A stretch of DNA of 64,000 nucleotides from Thermoflexus hugenholtzii JAD2. GTDB taxonomy: Bacteria; Chloroflexota; UBA11872; UBA12225. Made by a program: the position numbers and the translations under genes. Shown in pieces: positions 9,965 to 19,548 of the stretch. Under the pieces are notes generated by a model. The model ran no database searches. It was not told the origin of the DNA and saw only the letters and a program-made list of their open reading frames with translations. The DNA is taken from contig CAMBEO010000003.1 of the NCBI GenBank assembly GCA_945865725.1, forward strand, positions 5,111 through 69,110, written 5' to 3'. Position 1 is the first letter of the stretch. Each line of letters starts with the position of its first letter.

Positions 9965-10110
9965 TGATCTGGGGGTGGGGCGGTGGTGGTGACGGAGGGT
10001 GGGGGTGGTGCTTCCCTCTCCCGCCGCAGCGGGGGAGGGACTGAGGGTGGGGGTAAGGGTGGTGGTAAGGGTGGTGGTGACGGAGGGTGGGGGCAGTCCT
10101 TCGCTCGCCG
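9965..10110 (+). repeat. Mosaic repeat cluster (modules F-A-F plus 'cagtccttcgctcg' tail)
   Basis: GGTGGTGGTGACGGAGGGTGGGGG flanks module A on both sides. Lies between the two permease genes. Confidence 0.85.
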
Positions 10111-10119
10111 AAACCGACC

Positions 10120-11073
10120 CTAGTACTCGTTCTTGGATGAGAACATGCGCATCAGCAACCGCCCCATGCCGAACGTGAGGGCGAACAGGAAGACCGCCAC
10201 CGTCGTGGCGTACCCCATCTCAAATCGGATGAACGCGAAGTCATACATGTGCGCGACGATCGTGTGGCCGGCGTACAGCGGGCTCGGCAGCCCCGCCAGG
10301 CTCGTCGCAACCTCGAATACCGAGAACCCCGCCACCACCGCCATCACGCTGCCGAACAACAACTGCGGCTTGATCATCGGAAGCGTGATGTACCACACCT
10401 CCTGCAACGGGTTCTTGATGCCGTCCATCTTTCCCGCCTCGTACAGGTCGGTGGGAACCGTCTGCAACCCGGCGAGGAAGACCAGGAACCCCGTGCCCAT
10501 GCTCATCCACAAGGCGACGAACATGATCACCGGCATGATCGCCGCCTGCTCGGCGAGGAACATGTACGGCTCGTCGATCGCCCCGATCCCGAGCAACCAG
10601 TTGTTCAAGTACCCGTAGCGGTCGCCGGAGAAGACGATCTTCCACACCACGCCCATCGCCACCGCGCCGGTGATCGATGGCGCGTAGAAGCACAGGGCCA
10701 GCGGAGTCTTGAGCTTGAGCGGGTTGATCAGCCAGGCGAACATGAACGAGAGGAAGAACCCGATCGGGCCCGTGATGATCGCGAACGTCAGCGTGTTCCC
10801 GATCGCCGTGACGAAGACGTCGTCCTCAAGGAACAGCAACTTGTAGTTGCTCCACCCGATGAAGCGCGGCGCCTCGAGCACGTTGAAGTACGTGAAGCTC
10901 AGCGCCATCGCCGTCACGACCGGGGCGATCACGAAGACCACGAAAAAGGCGAGGAACGGCGCCATGAAGAAGTACGAGGTGCTGTACTTCCGCCACGCGA
11001 GCGCGAAACCAGCGGGCGCCTCCGCCCGTGCGGTCGAAAGCCGGGTTGCAAGCACTTCACTTCCCGTCGCCAT
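10120..11073 (-). CDS. Carbohydrate ABC transporter permease (MalF/UgpA-like)
   Basis: EAA motif LYEAGKMDGIKNPLQEVWYITLPMIKP; TM-rich. Confidence 0.85.
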   Translation of the reverse strand: MATGSEVLATRLSTARAEAPAGFALAWRKYSTSYFFMAPFLAFFVVFVIAPVVTAMALSFTYFNVLEAPRFIGWSNYKLLFLEDDVFVTAIGNTLTFAIITGPIGFFLSFMFAWLINPLKLKTPLALCFYAPSITGAVAMGVVWKIVFSGDRYGYLNNWLLGIGAIDEPYMFLAEQAAIMPVIMFVALWMSMGTGFLVFLAGLQTVPTDLYEAGKMDGIKNPLQEVWYITLPMIKPQLLFGSVMAVVAGFSVFEVATSLAGLPSPLYAGHTIVAHMYDFAFIRFEMGYATTVAVFLFALTFGMGRLLMRMFSSKNEY

Positions 11074-11153
11074 CGCTAGCCTCCCTTATCACCGGCGCAC
11101 CCCGCCGGGCCGCCCCGGGGGACGCGGTCGCCCGCGGACCAAACCCCACCGCC

Positions 11154-14100
11154 TTAGCCACGGCGGTACATCGACCGGTCGACCTTCACGCCGAACTCTT
11201 CCTGCTTCTTCGCGAGCTCCTTGTTGACGTCGTAGATCGCGTCTTCAAGCGCCTCGCGAGGGTTCATGCCCTGCAGGACCACCCGGTTCCACGCGTTCAG
11301 CACGTGTCGGCCGGTGAAGTACCCGCCCAGCACGACTGGTGGCTCCCGGAACCACTTCCACTGCTCCATGATGTTGGCGATGTCGCGCCGGGGCCACGGC
11401 AGTTCTTGCAGCGCCTCGAGGTTGGCGGTGTTCCAGCGGGCCTCGACCCCGATCAGGGCCTCCAGCTCGCCGCCGAAGCGCCGTTGCGCGTCCTTCGAGG
11501 ACCACCACTTGACGAACTCCCAACTTTCCGCCTTGTGCCTCGACTGCTCGAAGATCACCATGCTGGCGCCGGTGCCCCCGCTCGCGCGGATGATCGTCCC
11601 GTCCGGCACGGGCTTGCCGGTCTGGGTGTCGATGCACGGCACGATCGTCCCCATCGAGGTCGTCGACCCGCACCGGTGGCCCGGCATCGGGCGCATCTCC
11701 CACCGCCCGGTCAGCTCCGGCGCCGCGACCGACAAGCTGATGTAGATGCCGTACCCGGCCACGCCGATCGGCTGCTCGCCCGTCCGCATGCGCGTGAAGA
11801 AGTTCGCCTCGCGCGGGATCTTGTAGTTGCTGTAGAGGTCCGTCCACTCCTGGAAGCCCACGAGCGACTCCGGCGAGTCGAGCGCCGACCGGCAGGAGCC
11901 ATCCGTGCAACGGTAGTACTGCCCGCCGTTCTGGAACAGGAACGGCGTGAACCCGACCGCACCCTCGGTCACGGCAACGCCCGTCGGCGGCGGGTAGTAG
12001 AAGTCGAGGCCGGCCTGCTGCAATTTCAGCAGCGCCTCGTACAGGTCATCCCACGTGTCGGGCGGCTTGATCCCCAGTTCCGAAAGGATGTCCGTCCGGT
12101 AGAACGTCATCGCGAAGTCCTGGGTCTCCGGGATCGCCCAGTTCCCCTCCTCCAGCGTGAACGGGACCCGGTACCGGAAGGGGACCAGCGCGCCGTCCCG
12201 GAAGCGCTTCGCGACTTGCGGGTAGTCCGCGAACGTGGAGAGGTTCACCAGCCCCTTGCGGACGGCGAAGTCGACCGGCAGCTGGCTGGGCACGCCGACG
12301 GCGACGTCCGGCGCCTCGCCCGCGGTCGTCGCCAGGAGCAGGACGGACCCCGCGCCTTCCCCGAGGCTTGCGGGCGGGATGACGTGCACGTTCACCTTGA
12401 TCCCGGAGTTCGGCGTGAAGTCGTCCTCGATCATGTCCTTCATGATCTGGCCCCACTCCGTGCCGCGCCCGACCCACACGTCCAGCACGACCTCCTTGGA
12501 ATCCTTGGAGTAACTGCTGCCGAGGCCGGTGTAGTCGCGGGTGAACGACGACAGGAAGGTGGCGAGGCTGGCGTACGCCATCTCGAACATGTTGGCCTGC
12601 ACGCGTGGCAAGGGCGACCGCGCCGAGTGCACCATGAGCCACTCAACCGCGAGCGGATGGTTCTGCATGTGTAGCAGCCAACTGGCAAGGATGCCCTGGC
12701 TACGCAGGAAGTCCTCGAGCAGGCGGTGGATCTCGGCAGGCTTCTCGATCATGCGCTCGAGTTGCGCGCCGACCACCCGGAAGGCCGACGACGCGTCGTT
12801 CTTCGCCCGCCCGATCTCCTCCATGCGCGTCGCCTGCAAGTCCAGGCGGTCGCGCAGCTTGACGAGGCGAGGCACGAGGGTGGGGATCTTCTCGTGAAGG
12901 TCCCACTCCATGTTCACGTCGGGTTGCGAGCCGGTGACCATGAGCATCTCGCGGCTCATCTGGCTCATTTCCGAGAGCATCTGGTCAAGCTCGCGCATGG
13001 TCTCGGACATGAACCCGAGCGTCACCTCCATCTGGATGACGTTCGTGCCCTTTTTCAAGTGGAACAGGTAGGGCGCGCCGTCCGAGGACTGCTCCTCGCG
13101 GATCGTCTCGAGGCGCCAGTCGCGCTCCATCCGGAACAGGATCGCCCGCATCTCCCGGAACGGCATCTCGCCATTGACCCGGAGCGCCCGCAGGCGCGGG
13201 CGTCGTCCCGCCCAACCCTGCCAGATGTTGAAGCTCATCTGGTAGAGGCCCTCCTCGGGGACCTCCACCTCCCACCGCACCCATTGGCCAGGCAGGCGCC
13301 ACCGCCACCAGCCGAACGAGTTCAACGCGAACAGGCCGTCCGCGTACGGGCTTGCCAGCGCGTCGAAGTTCACCTCGCCACGGACGGTCGGGTCGGACTT
13401 GGTGAGCGTCTTCTCGGCCTCGACGCGAATGCCTTGCTTCAGCTCGACCTCGCGGAGGCCCTGTGCCTTCCATGCCTTGAGGCGGTCCGCGTACGTCGGC
13501 ACCACGACCGGGGAATGGATCGTGATGGACCCGAGGGCGATCGTCTCGCGCACGGTCTGGAAGCGAAGCACCTGCACGCCCTTTTCGAACAGGAACTGGA
13601 ACGGCGCGTCATACCTGCCGTCCGCGTCCTCGATCGTCTTGGTCTCCCAGCGCGGCGCTTCAATCTGGGGGGGGCGGACGTCGTTCCCCTGGTTGTCCTT
13701 CTTCGCCTCGGCGGAATCGCGCCAGACGCGATGGAAGACGACCCGTTTCGCTTCCCGGAACGGCAACTTTCCATTGATAAGGAGGTCACGTTGTACGGAT
13801 GCGCGCTTTCCCTTGATCGGGAAGTATTCGACCGTGATTTCGTAGAGGCCCGTCTCCGGGACGGGAACCTTCCACTCGACCCACCCGTCATCCTCCGCCC
13901 AGATGAGGGTCGGGCCTTTCCTGCCCTCGAAGTCCTGCTCGACGCGCAAGCCCTCGTTGCCCCCGCTGGCGGCGAAATCGACGGCGCGGATCTCGATGCG
14001 CTGGCCGGTAGTCGCCTTGTGCTGACGGTCCCAGTCGGCCTTCTGGTCCTGGTAGATCGGCTGGCCCGCGAGGTCCTCGGGAAGCATGTCCTCGAAGAGC

Positions 14101-14348
14101 TTGTCGCTCGGCGGGCGAGCCGCTGGCGCGGCCGGCGGCTGGGCCTGCGACGTCAGCTTGCCTCCCGGCGCCGTGCCGTTCATCGCGGCCGCCCCACGGG
14201 CATCCACGAGCGGCGCCAGCGACGCGCCGACGATCACGATCGCCAGCGCACGGCGCACCCACCCGCTCGCGCGCGCCCCATGCCTCGCCCTTCGACCATG
14301 GATGGCCGAGGCAGCCTGAAGCGCGTCCACGGTGCCGGAATCCTGCAT
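11154..14348 (-). CDS. Giant extracellular solute-binding protein (ABC, family 1) with N-terminal tandem carbohydrate-binding-like beta-sandwich repeats and a coiled-coil segment
   Basis: ATG at 14348 with GGGAGA 6 nt upstream, then a signal/TM segment. Two paralogous repeats (WVEWKVPVPETGLYEITVEYFPIKG...LINGKLPFREAKR and WVRWEVEVPEEGLYQMSFNIWQG...RVNGEMPFREMRA). The C-terminal 450 aa resemble a family-1 SBP. Upstream 290 codons of the long ORF are antisense-like junk. Confidence 0.7.
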   Translation of the reverse strand: MQDSGTVDALQAASAIHGRRARHGARASGWVRRALAIVIVGASLAPLVDARGAAAMNGTAPGGKLTSQAQPPAAPAARPPSDKLFEDMLPEDLAGQPIYQDQKADWDRQHKATTGQRIEIRAVDFAASGGNEGLRVEQDFEGRKGPTLIWAEDDGWVEWKVPVPETGLYEITVEYFPIKGKRASVQRDLLINGKLPFREAKRVVFHRVWRDSAEAKKDNQGNDVRPPQIEAPRWETKTIEDADGRYDAPFQFLFEKGVQVLRFQTVRETIALGSITIHSPVVVPTYADRLKAWKAQGLREVELKQGIRVEAEKTLTKSDPTVRGEVNFDALASPYADGLFALNSFGWWRWRLPGQWVRWEVEVPEEGLYQMSFNIWQGWAGRRPRLRALRVNGEMPFREMRAILFRMERDWRLETIREEQSSDGAPYLFHLKKGTNVIQMEVTLGFMSETMRELDQMLSEMSQMSREMLMVTGSQPDVNMEWDLHEKIPTLVPRLVKLRDRLDLQATRMEEIGRAKNDASSAFRVVGAQLERMIEKPAEIHRLLEDFLRSQGILASWLLHMQNHPLAVEWLMVHSARSPLPRVQANMFEMAYASLATFLSSFTRDYTGLGSSYSKDSKEVVLDVWVGRGTEWGQIMKDMIEDDFTPNSGIKVNVHVIPPASLGEGAGSVLLLATTAGEAPDVAVGVPSQLPVDFAVRKGLVNLSTFADYPQVAKRFRDGALVPFRYRVPFTLEEGNWAIPETQDFAMTFYRTDILSELGIKPPDTWDDLYEALLKLQQAGLDFYYPPPTGVAVTEGAVGFTPFLFQNGGQYYRCTDGSCRSALDSPESLVGFQEWTDLYSNYKIPREANFFTRMRTGEQPIGVAGYGIYISLSVAAPELTGRWEMRPMPGHRCGSTTSMGTIVPCIDTQTGKPVPDGTIIRASGGTGASMVIFEQSRHKAESWEFVKWWSSKDAQRRFGGELEALIGVEARWNTANLEALQELPWPRRDIANIMEQWKWFREPPVVLGGYFTGRHVLNAWNRVVLQGMNPREALEDAIYDVNKELAKKQEEFGVKVDRSMYRRG

Positions 14349-14612
14349 CGCGTCTCCCTGCGGGCGCGGAGCCCCGTACCGGGCGCTCCCCTGGACCTTG
14401 TCCCTGCCCGCTGCAAGCGGCGCCGAGTATAGCGGTGCCCGCCGATGCGCAAGGCGTGACCGCGCGTTCCCGCCCCGCGGCGAACGGGTCGCTATACTGG
14501 CCGTTGGCGCGAATCTATGCGTTCGTGGGCCGGCGTGCAACCTTTCGACGGGACGGCACGCCACCCCGAAACCTCCCTGCCTCGCCGGTCGGCGTTCGCC
14601 CAAGGGGGCGCG

Positions 14613-15185
14613 ATGGTACTTAGCGATCGGTCCATCCGCGCGCTCCTCGCCTCCGGGCGACTGGCCATCGACCCGTTCGACCCTGGCTCCATCCAGCCGT
14701 CGAGCATCGACTTGCGCCTTGACGCGCGCTTCCGCGTGTTCCGCAGCACGCGGTACACGCATATCGACCCGCGCGCCGACCAACCCGACCTTACCGAGCT
14801 GCTGGTCCTGGACGACGCGCACCCGTTCGTCCTGCAGCCCGGGCAGTTCTGCCTCGGCAACACGTTCGAGGAGCTCAGCCTCCCGGACGACGTGGTCGGG
14901 CGCCTCGAGGGCAAGAGCTCGCTCGGCCGTCTCGGTCTCGTCATCCACTCGACGGCCGGGTATGTCGACCCTGGCTTCCGCGGGCGGCTCACGCTCGAAC
15001 TGAGCAACGCCGCCGCCCTTCCCATCCTCCTCTACCCCGGCATGAAGATCGGCCAGCTGTCGCTGATCCAGATGACGACGCCTGCCGACAGCCCGTACGG
15101 GTCCCGGTCCCTCGGCAGCAAGTACCAGGGGCAGGACGAGCCCACCGCAAGTCGCAGCCACCTCGACTTCCGCGACCTTCCCTGA
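14613..15185 (+). CDS. dcd: dCTP deaminase
   Basis: ATG with AGGGGG 5 nt upstream. Full-length similarity to dCTP deaminase (…QPSSIDLRL…[14 protein letters not shown]…). Confidence 0.9.
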   Translation: MVLSDRSIRALLASGRLAIDPFDPGSIQPSSIDLRLDARFRVFRSTRYTHIDPRADQPDLTELLVLDDAHPFVLQPGQFCLGNTFEELSLPDDVVGRLEGKSSLGRLGLVIHSTAGYVDPGFRGRLTLELSNAAALPILLYPGMKIGQLSLIQMTTPADSPYGSRSLGSKYQGQDEPTASRSHLDFRDLP

Positions 15186-15246
15186 CGTGGTCGGGCGCCT
15201 CGAGGGCCAGGCCGGCACGGCGCCGACCCTGCGCTATAGTCGGTCA

Positions 15247-16899
15247 ATGCCCTTGCGCGACCGCATCTCGCGACGCCACGCCGGTCGGGCCGTCGTTGCC
15301 GCCAGCGGTGGCCTCCTCGTCGCTTGCCAGACGACCCCGTTCTCCCAGACTTCGGACGACCAGCCGCTCCGGACGTTCCTATGGGATTTCGACACCCTTG
15401 ACCCGGCGTTTACCGCTGGGGCCATCGAGGCCGAGTACGTCGTCCACCTGTTCGCCGGCCTGACAAGCCTGAACGAGAAGCTCGAGGCCGTGCCCGACCT
15501 CGCCGAGAAGTGGGCGGTGTCGAGCGACGGGCGCACCTACACCTTCACTTTGAGGCGCGGCGCCAAGTTCCATGATGGTCGGCCGATCGTCGCCGCCGAC
15601 GTGAAGTTCAGCCTCGAGCGCGCCGCTGACCCTGCGATCGCTTCCCCGGTCGCCCTGACCTACCTCGGCGACATCCAGGGCTTCGCCGCCCGCCAGTCCG
15701 GGCGCGCGCCTTCCGTCTCCGGCATCAAGGTGCGTGACGACGCGACCATCGAAATCGTCCTCGACGAGCCGCGGACCTACTTCCCGTCGAAGTTGACGTA
15801 CCCCGTGAGTTACGTCGTCGACGAACGTGACGTCGCGCGGGGCGCCCGCTGGTGGCTCACGCCCAATGGTTCGGGACCGTTCAAGGTCGCCAGCCTCATC
15901 CCGGGCGAGCGCTTCTCGCTGGTGCGCCACGAGGGGTACCACGGGACCAAGCCCGCCCTCGTTGGCGTCGACTACCTTGCCGTGCCCCCCGTCGAGGCGT
16001 ACGAGCACGGGATGATCGACATCGCGGCCGTCGACCTCGCCGACATCGACCGGGTCACCGACAAGAGCGACCCGCTAAATCGCGAGTTGCGCGTCCGTAC
16101 CGACCTCGACATCCAGTACCTCGCGCTAAACGTCACCGCCAAGCCGTTTGACGACCCGAAGGTGCGGCAGGCGTTCAATCACGCCCTTGATCGCGACCGC
16201 ATCGCCACGGTCACCCTGAAGCGCACGGTGATCAAGGCCGACGGGATCCTGCCCCCCGGCATGCCCGGGCGTGGCGACCGCGTACGTGGCCTGGACTACG
16301 ACGTCTCGCGCGCTCGGCAGCTCGTCGCCGAGTCCAGCTATCGCGACGTGCGGAACTTCCCAGAGATCTCGCTCACCGTCATGGGCTCGCGTACCGCACC
16401 CGCGCCCGAGGTGAACGCGATCATCGCCACCTATCGCCAGAGCCTCGGGGTTGACGTGCGCGTGCGCCAGCTCGACCGGGACGCGTTCCTGGCGGCGACG
16501 CAACGCGAACGCGACCGGCCCCAGATGTTCATGACCGGGTGGATCGCCGACTACGCCGATCCCCAGAACTTCCTCGACATCCTCTTCCATAGCCGCAGCC
16601 GCGAAAACGTCTCGCGCTACGCCAGCCCCGACGTCGATCGCGACCTCGAACGGGCGCGTGCCGACCGGGACAATGCCTCGCGGATGCGCGTCTACCAGGA
16701 CGTCGAGGCGCGCATCTTGCAAGACGCGCCATGGGTGCCGCTGTGGCACAACAAGCGCTACGTCCTCGTCAAGCCCTGGGTGCAAGGCTATGCCGCGCCC
16801 GCGATCATCCAGCCTTGGCTGAAGGCGGTCTCGCTCAAGGGACGCCCGCCGCTCGTCGCACCCGCTGCACCCACCCCGACCGCACCTCGCCGCGCCTGA
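15247..16899 (+). CDS. ABC transporter substrate-binding lipoprotein, family 5 (peptide/nickel type)
   Basis: Lipobox LLVAC after the ATG at 15247. Family-5 SBP fold-level similarity over the full length. No cognate permeases adjacent. Confidence 0.8.
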   Translation: MPLRDRISRRHAGRAVVAASGGLLVACQTTPFSQTSDDQPLRTFLWDFDTLDPAFTAGAIEAEYVVHLFAGLTSLNEKLEAVPDLAEKWAVSSDGRTYTFTLRRGAKFHDGRPIVAADVKFSLERAADPAIASPVALTYLGDIQGFAARQSGRAPSVSGIKVRDDATIEIVLDEPRTYFPSKLTYPVSYVVDERDVARGARWWLTPNGSGPFKVASLIPGERFSLVRHEGYHGTKPALVGVDYLAVPPVEAYEHGMIDIAAVDLADIDRVTDKSDPLNRELRVRTDLDIQYLALNVTAKPFDDPKVRQAFNHALDRDRIATVTLKRTVIKADGILPPGMPGRGDRVRGLDYDVSRARQLVAESSYRDVRNFPEISLTVMGSRTAPAPEVNAIIATYRQSLGVDVRVRQLDRDAFLAATQRERDRPQMFMTGWIADYADPQNFLDILFHSRSRENVSRYASPDVDRDLERARADRDNASRMRVYQDVEARILQDAPWVPLWHNKRYVLVKPWVQGYAAPAIIQPWLKAVSLKGRPPLVAPAAPTPTAPRRA

Positions 16900-16982
16900 G
16901 CGGCGGGACTTGGATCGCCGGCGTCCGCGCAGGCGCCACCACTGGGAGCGCCGGCACCCCGTCGGCCTCGAAAGGACCTGCC

Positions 16983-17714
16983 ATGGCCCGTGTTGACGGC
17001 CGCGCGCCCGACGCCCTGAGGATCACGCGGATCACTCCGGGCGTGCTTGACCACGCCGAGGGCTCGGCCATGATCGAGGTGGGCGGCACGCGCGTCCTCT
17101 GCGCGGCCAGCGTCGAGGAGTCGCAGCCCCCCCACCTCAAGGGCACCGACGGGGGTTGGGTCACGGCCGAGTACGCGATGTTGCCCCGCTCCACCCACAC
17201 TCGCAGGCAGCGCGACGCCACCCGGGGCCGGATTGACGGGAGGACCCACGAGATCCAGCGCCTGATCGGGCGGTCGCTGCGCGCATCGATGGACCTGTCC
17301 CGACTCGGGCCGCGTTCGATCTACATCGACTGCGACGTGATCCAGGCGGACGGTGGCACCCGCACCGCCGCGATCACGGGCGGCTATGTCGCACTCGCAC
17401 TCGCTGTCGAGTGGGTCATGCGCCGCCGGCATCTCAACAAGTCGCCTCTGGTCACCCAGGTCGCTTCCGTCAGCGCCGGGATCGTCGGCGGTGACCCGGC
17501 CCTCGACCTCTCGTATGAAGAGGACTCGCGAGCCGACCTAGACTTCAACGTCGTCATGACCGCTGCTGGCGAGTTCATCGAGGTCCAGGGCACGGCCGAA
17601 CGTCGCTCCTTCGATCGCGCGGGCCTGGCCTCCATCCTTGACCTTGCCGAGGGCGGGATACGGACGCTGTTCGCGATGCAACGCGACGCCATCGCTGCCG
17701 GTCGCCCGCGGTAG
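16983..17714 (+). CDS. rph: Ribonuclease PH
   Basis: MARVDGRAPDALR...DCDVIQADGGTRTAAITG, the canonical RNase PH core; AAAGGA RBS. Confidence 0.9.
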   Translation: MARVDGRAPDALRITRITPGVLDHAEGSAMIEVGGTRVLCAASVEESQPPHLKGTDGGWVTAEYAMLPRSTHTRRQRDATRGRIDGRTHEIQRLIGRSLRASMDLSRLGPRSIYIDCDVIQADGGTRTAAITGGYVALALAVEWVMRRRHLNKSPLVTQVASVSAGIVGGDPALDLSYEEDSRADLDFNVVMTAAGEFIEVQGTAERRSFDRAGLASILDLAEGGIRTLFAMQRDAIAAGRPR

Positions 17715-17715
17715 G

Positions 17716-17960
17716 CGCGGGGACGGTGGTGCTTCCCTCTCCCGCCGCAGCGGGGGAGGGACTGAGGGTGGGGGCCGTCCCGTCCAGGGGGTGAGGGACT
17801 GAGGGCGGTGGTGCTTCCCTCTCCCGCCGCAGCGGGGGAGGGACTGAGGGTGGGGGCCACCCGGGTGCCGCCGGGGTGGGGGGCTTGGTCCGCGGGCATC
17901 CCTGCCCGCCGGGGTGGGGCCTGAGTTCGTCGCCCCGGGCGGGGAACCGTCTAGCCTCAC
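17716..17960 (+). repeat. Mosaic repeat cluster: tandem module A x2 plus module B (TTGGTCCGCGGGCATCCCTGCCCGCCGGGGTGGGG)
   Basis: Two near-identical module A copies 78 nt apart, then module B. Intergenic between convergent rph and murD. Confidence 0.9.
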
Positions 17961-17961
17961 G

Positions 17962-19329
17962 TCACCCCAGGCCGCGGACGAGCGCGTTGAACTGGTCCCC
18001 GCGATCGAACTCGTTCCTGAACATCCCGAACGAGGCGCAACCCGGCGACAGCAGGACGGCGCCCCCAGCGACCGCAAGCGCTGACGCCTGGGTGACCGCG
18101 TCCGCGAGCCGTGCGTGCCGGCCACGCACCAGGCCGTGCCCGGCGTGTGCCACGAGCCGATCCGTCGCGGAACCCTCGAGCAGTACGACGTCGGTGACCG
18201 GGCCTCCCGTTCGCGACAGCGCGGCGCCAAGTCCCGCGAACTCAAGGCCCTTGTCGGCTCCCCCCGCGATCAGCACGATCGGCCCCGGTATCGACGCGAG
18301 GGCCGCCAATGTCGCGTCAGGGGTCGTTGCCGCCGTGTCGTTCACGTACCGGACGCCCCGGAGCACGCGCACGAGCTCCTGCCGGTAGGCGACCCCGCCG
18401 AACGTGCGCATCGTGGCCTCAATCGCCTCCTCGCTGGCACCGACCTCCCGAGCGAGCGTTGCCGCGCAGCGCGCGTTCGCGAGGTTGTGCGGCCCGGCCC
18501 AGCCGCGGGCGTTGTCAGTGAAGCCGGGCACGGGCGTCTCCGGTCCGAACCACGCCACGGCGCCCTGCACGCCGCGAGCAAGGTCGACACTCCGTTCGTC
18601 CTCCCGGTTCAACGCCACCACGCCTTCCTTGCCCTGGTACATGAAGGCCCGTCGTTTCGCGTCGACGTATGCCTCCATCGACACGTACCGGTTCAGGTGG
18701 TCTGGCATCAGATTTGTCACCGCCGTCACTCGCGGGCTTTGTTCGATCGCGTCAAGACCCTCCAACTGGAAGCTGGAAAGTTCCAATACGACCGTCGTGC
18801 CCGTCCCGATCCGGTCGATCTGGTCGAGCGCCGAAATGCGAAGGTTTCCGGCGACGACCACGTCCACGCCAGCCGCGCGCAGGATCTCCCCGACAAGGGT
18901 CGTCGTCGTCGTCTTCCCCTTCGTCCCGGTAATCCCGATCACATGGCGCGACGGGCAGGCGACGAGGAAGAGCGACATCTCCATGTGAACGGGGATTCCT
19001 CGCGCCTGCGCCTCGCGCACGAACGGCGATTCACGAGGCACTGCGGGGTTCCGCACGACCAGGTCGACGCCGTCGAGGTCCGCCTCGTCGTGGCGACCGA
19101 GGGTGTACGCGACGTCGAGTCCTCGGAGCGACTCCAGCGAACCTTGGAGGCGATCAGAGGGTTGCAGGTCAGTGACGCGCACCGAGGCGCCTGACCGGGC
19201 GAGGAAGCGCGCCACCCCAGCACCGCCCCCATGGACCCCTAGCCCGACGACAAGGGCGCGCTTGCCGGCAAACGTCTGCGAAGCGGGCGGCTTGGCGCGT
19301 TGGCCCGGCGCATCCGCGATCAGGTCCAT
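17962..19329 (-). CDS. murD: UDP-N-acetylmuramoyl-L-alanine--D-glutamate ligase
   Basis: N-terminal Rossmann segment (GKRALVVGLGVHGGG), ATP-binding motif GITGTKGKTTTT, and C-terminal Mur-ligase domain ending SPGCASFGMFRNEFDRG. ATG at 19329 with GGGAGG upstream. Confidence 0.85.
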   Translation of the reverse strand: MDLIADAPGQRAKPPASQTFAGKRALVVGLGVHGGGAGVARFLARSGASVRVTDLQPSDRLQGSLESLRGLDVAYTLGRHDEADLDGVDLVVRNPAVPRESPFVREAQARGIPVHMEMSLFLVACPSRHVIGITGTKGKTTTTTLVGEILRAAGVDVVVAGNLRISALDQIDRIGTGTTVVLELSSFQLEGLDAIEQSPRVTAVTNLMPDHLNRYVSMEAYVDAKRRAFMYQGKEGVVALNREDERSVDLARGVQGAVAWFGPETPVPGFTDNARGWAGPHNLANARCAATLAREVGASEEAIEATMRTFGGVAYRQELVRVLRGVRYVNDTAATTPDATLAALASIPGPIVLIAGGADKGLEFAGLGAALSRTGGPVTDVVLLEGSATDRLVAHAGHGLVRGRHARLADAVTQASALAVAGGAVLLSPGCASFGMFRNEFDRGDQFNALVRGLG

Positions 19330-19548
19330 CAGGCCTCCCGGCCGCCGCATCCCGACCGCCGGACGTCGTGGGTCTCCCTGGAGGCCGGTCGATGGGAGAC
19401 TTGCGCCATTCAGGTGCGAGACGGCAGTCCCTGGCCCGACACGCCGTCGGCGCGGGAGTATACTTCTACCCCTGCGCGCGACATTGGCGCGACTGCCCGC
19501 GTGGCGCCGCCAAGGTGACGCGCAACTCGACGGGGCCGCATCGCCAGC

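Noticed and set aside
17716-17960. Possible CRISPR array, suggested by the tandem near-identical 47-nt repeats
   Set aside because: Only two copies with irregular spacing and no unique spacers. The repeats belong to the genome-wide mosaic repeat family and no cas genes are present.
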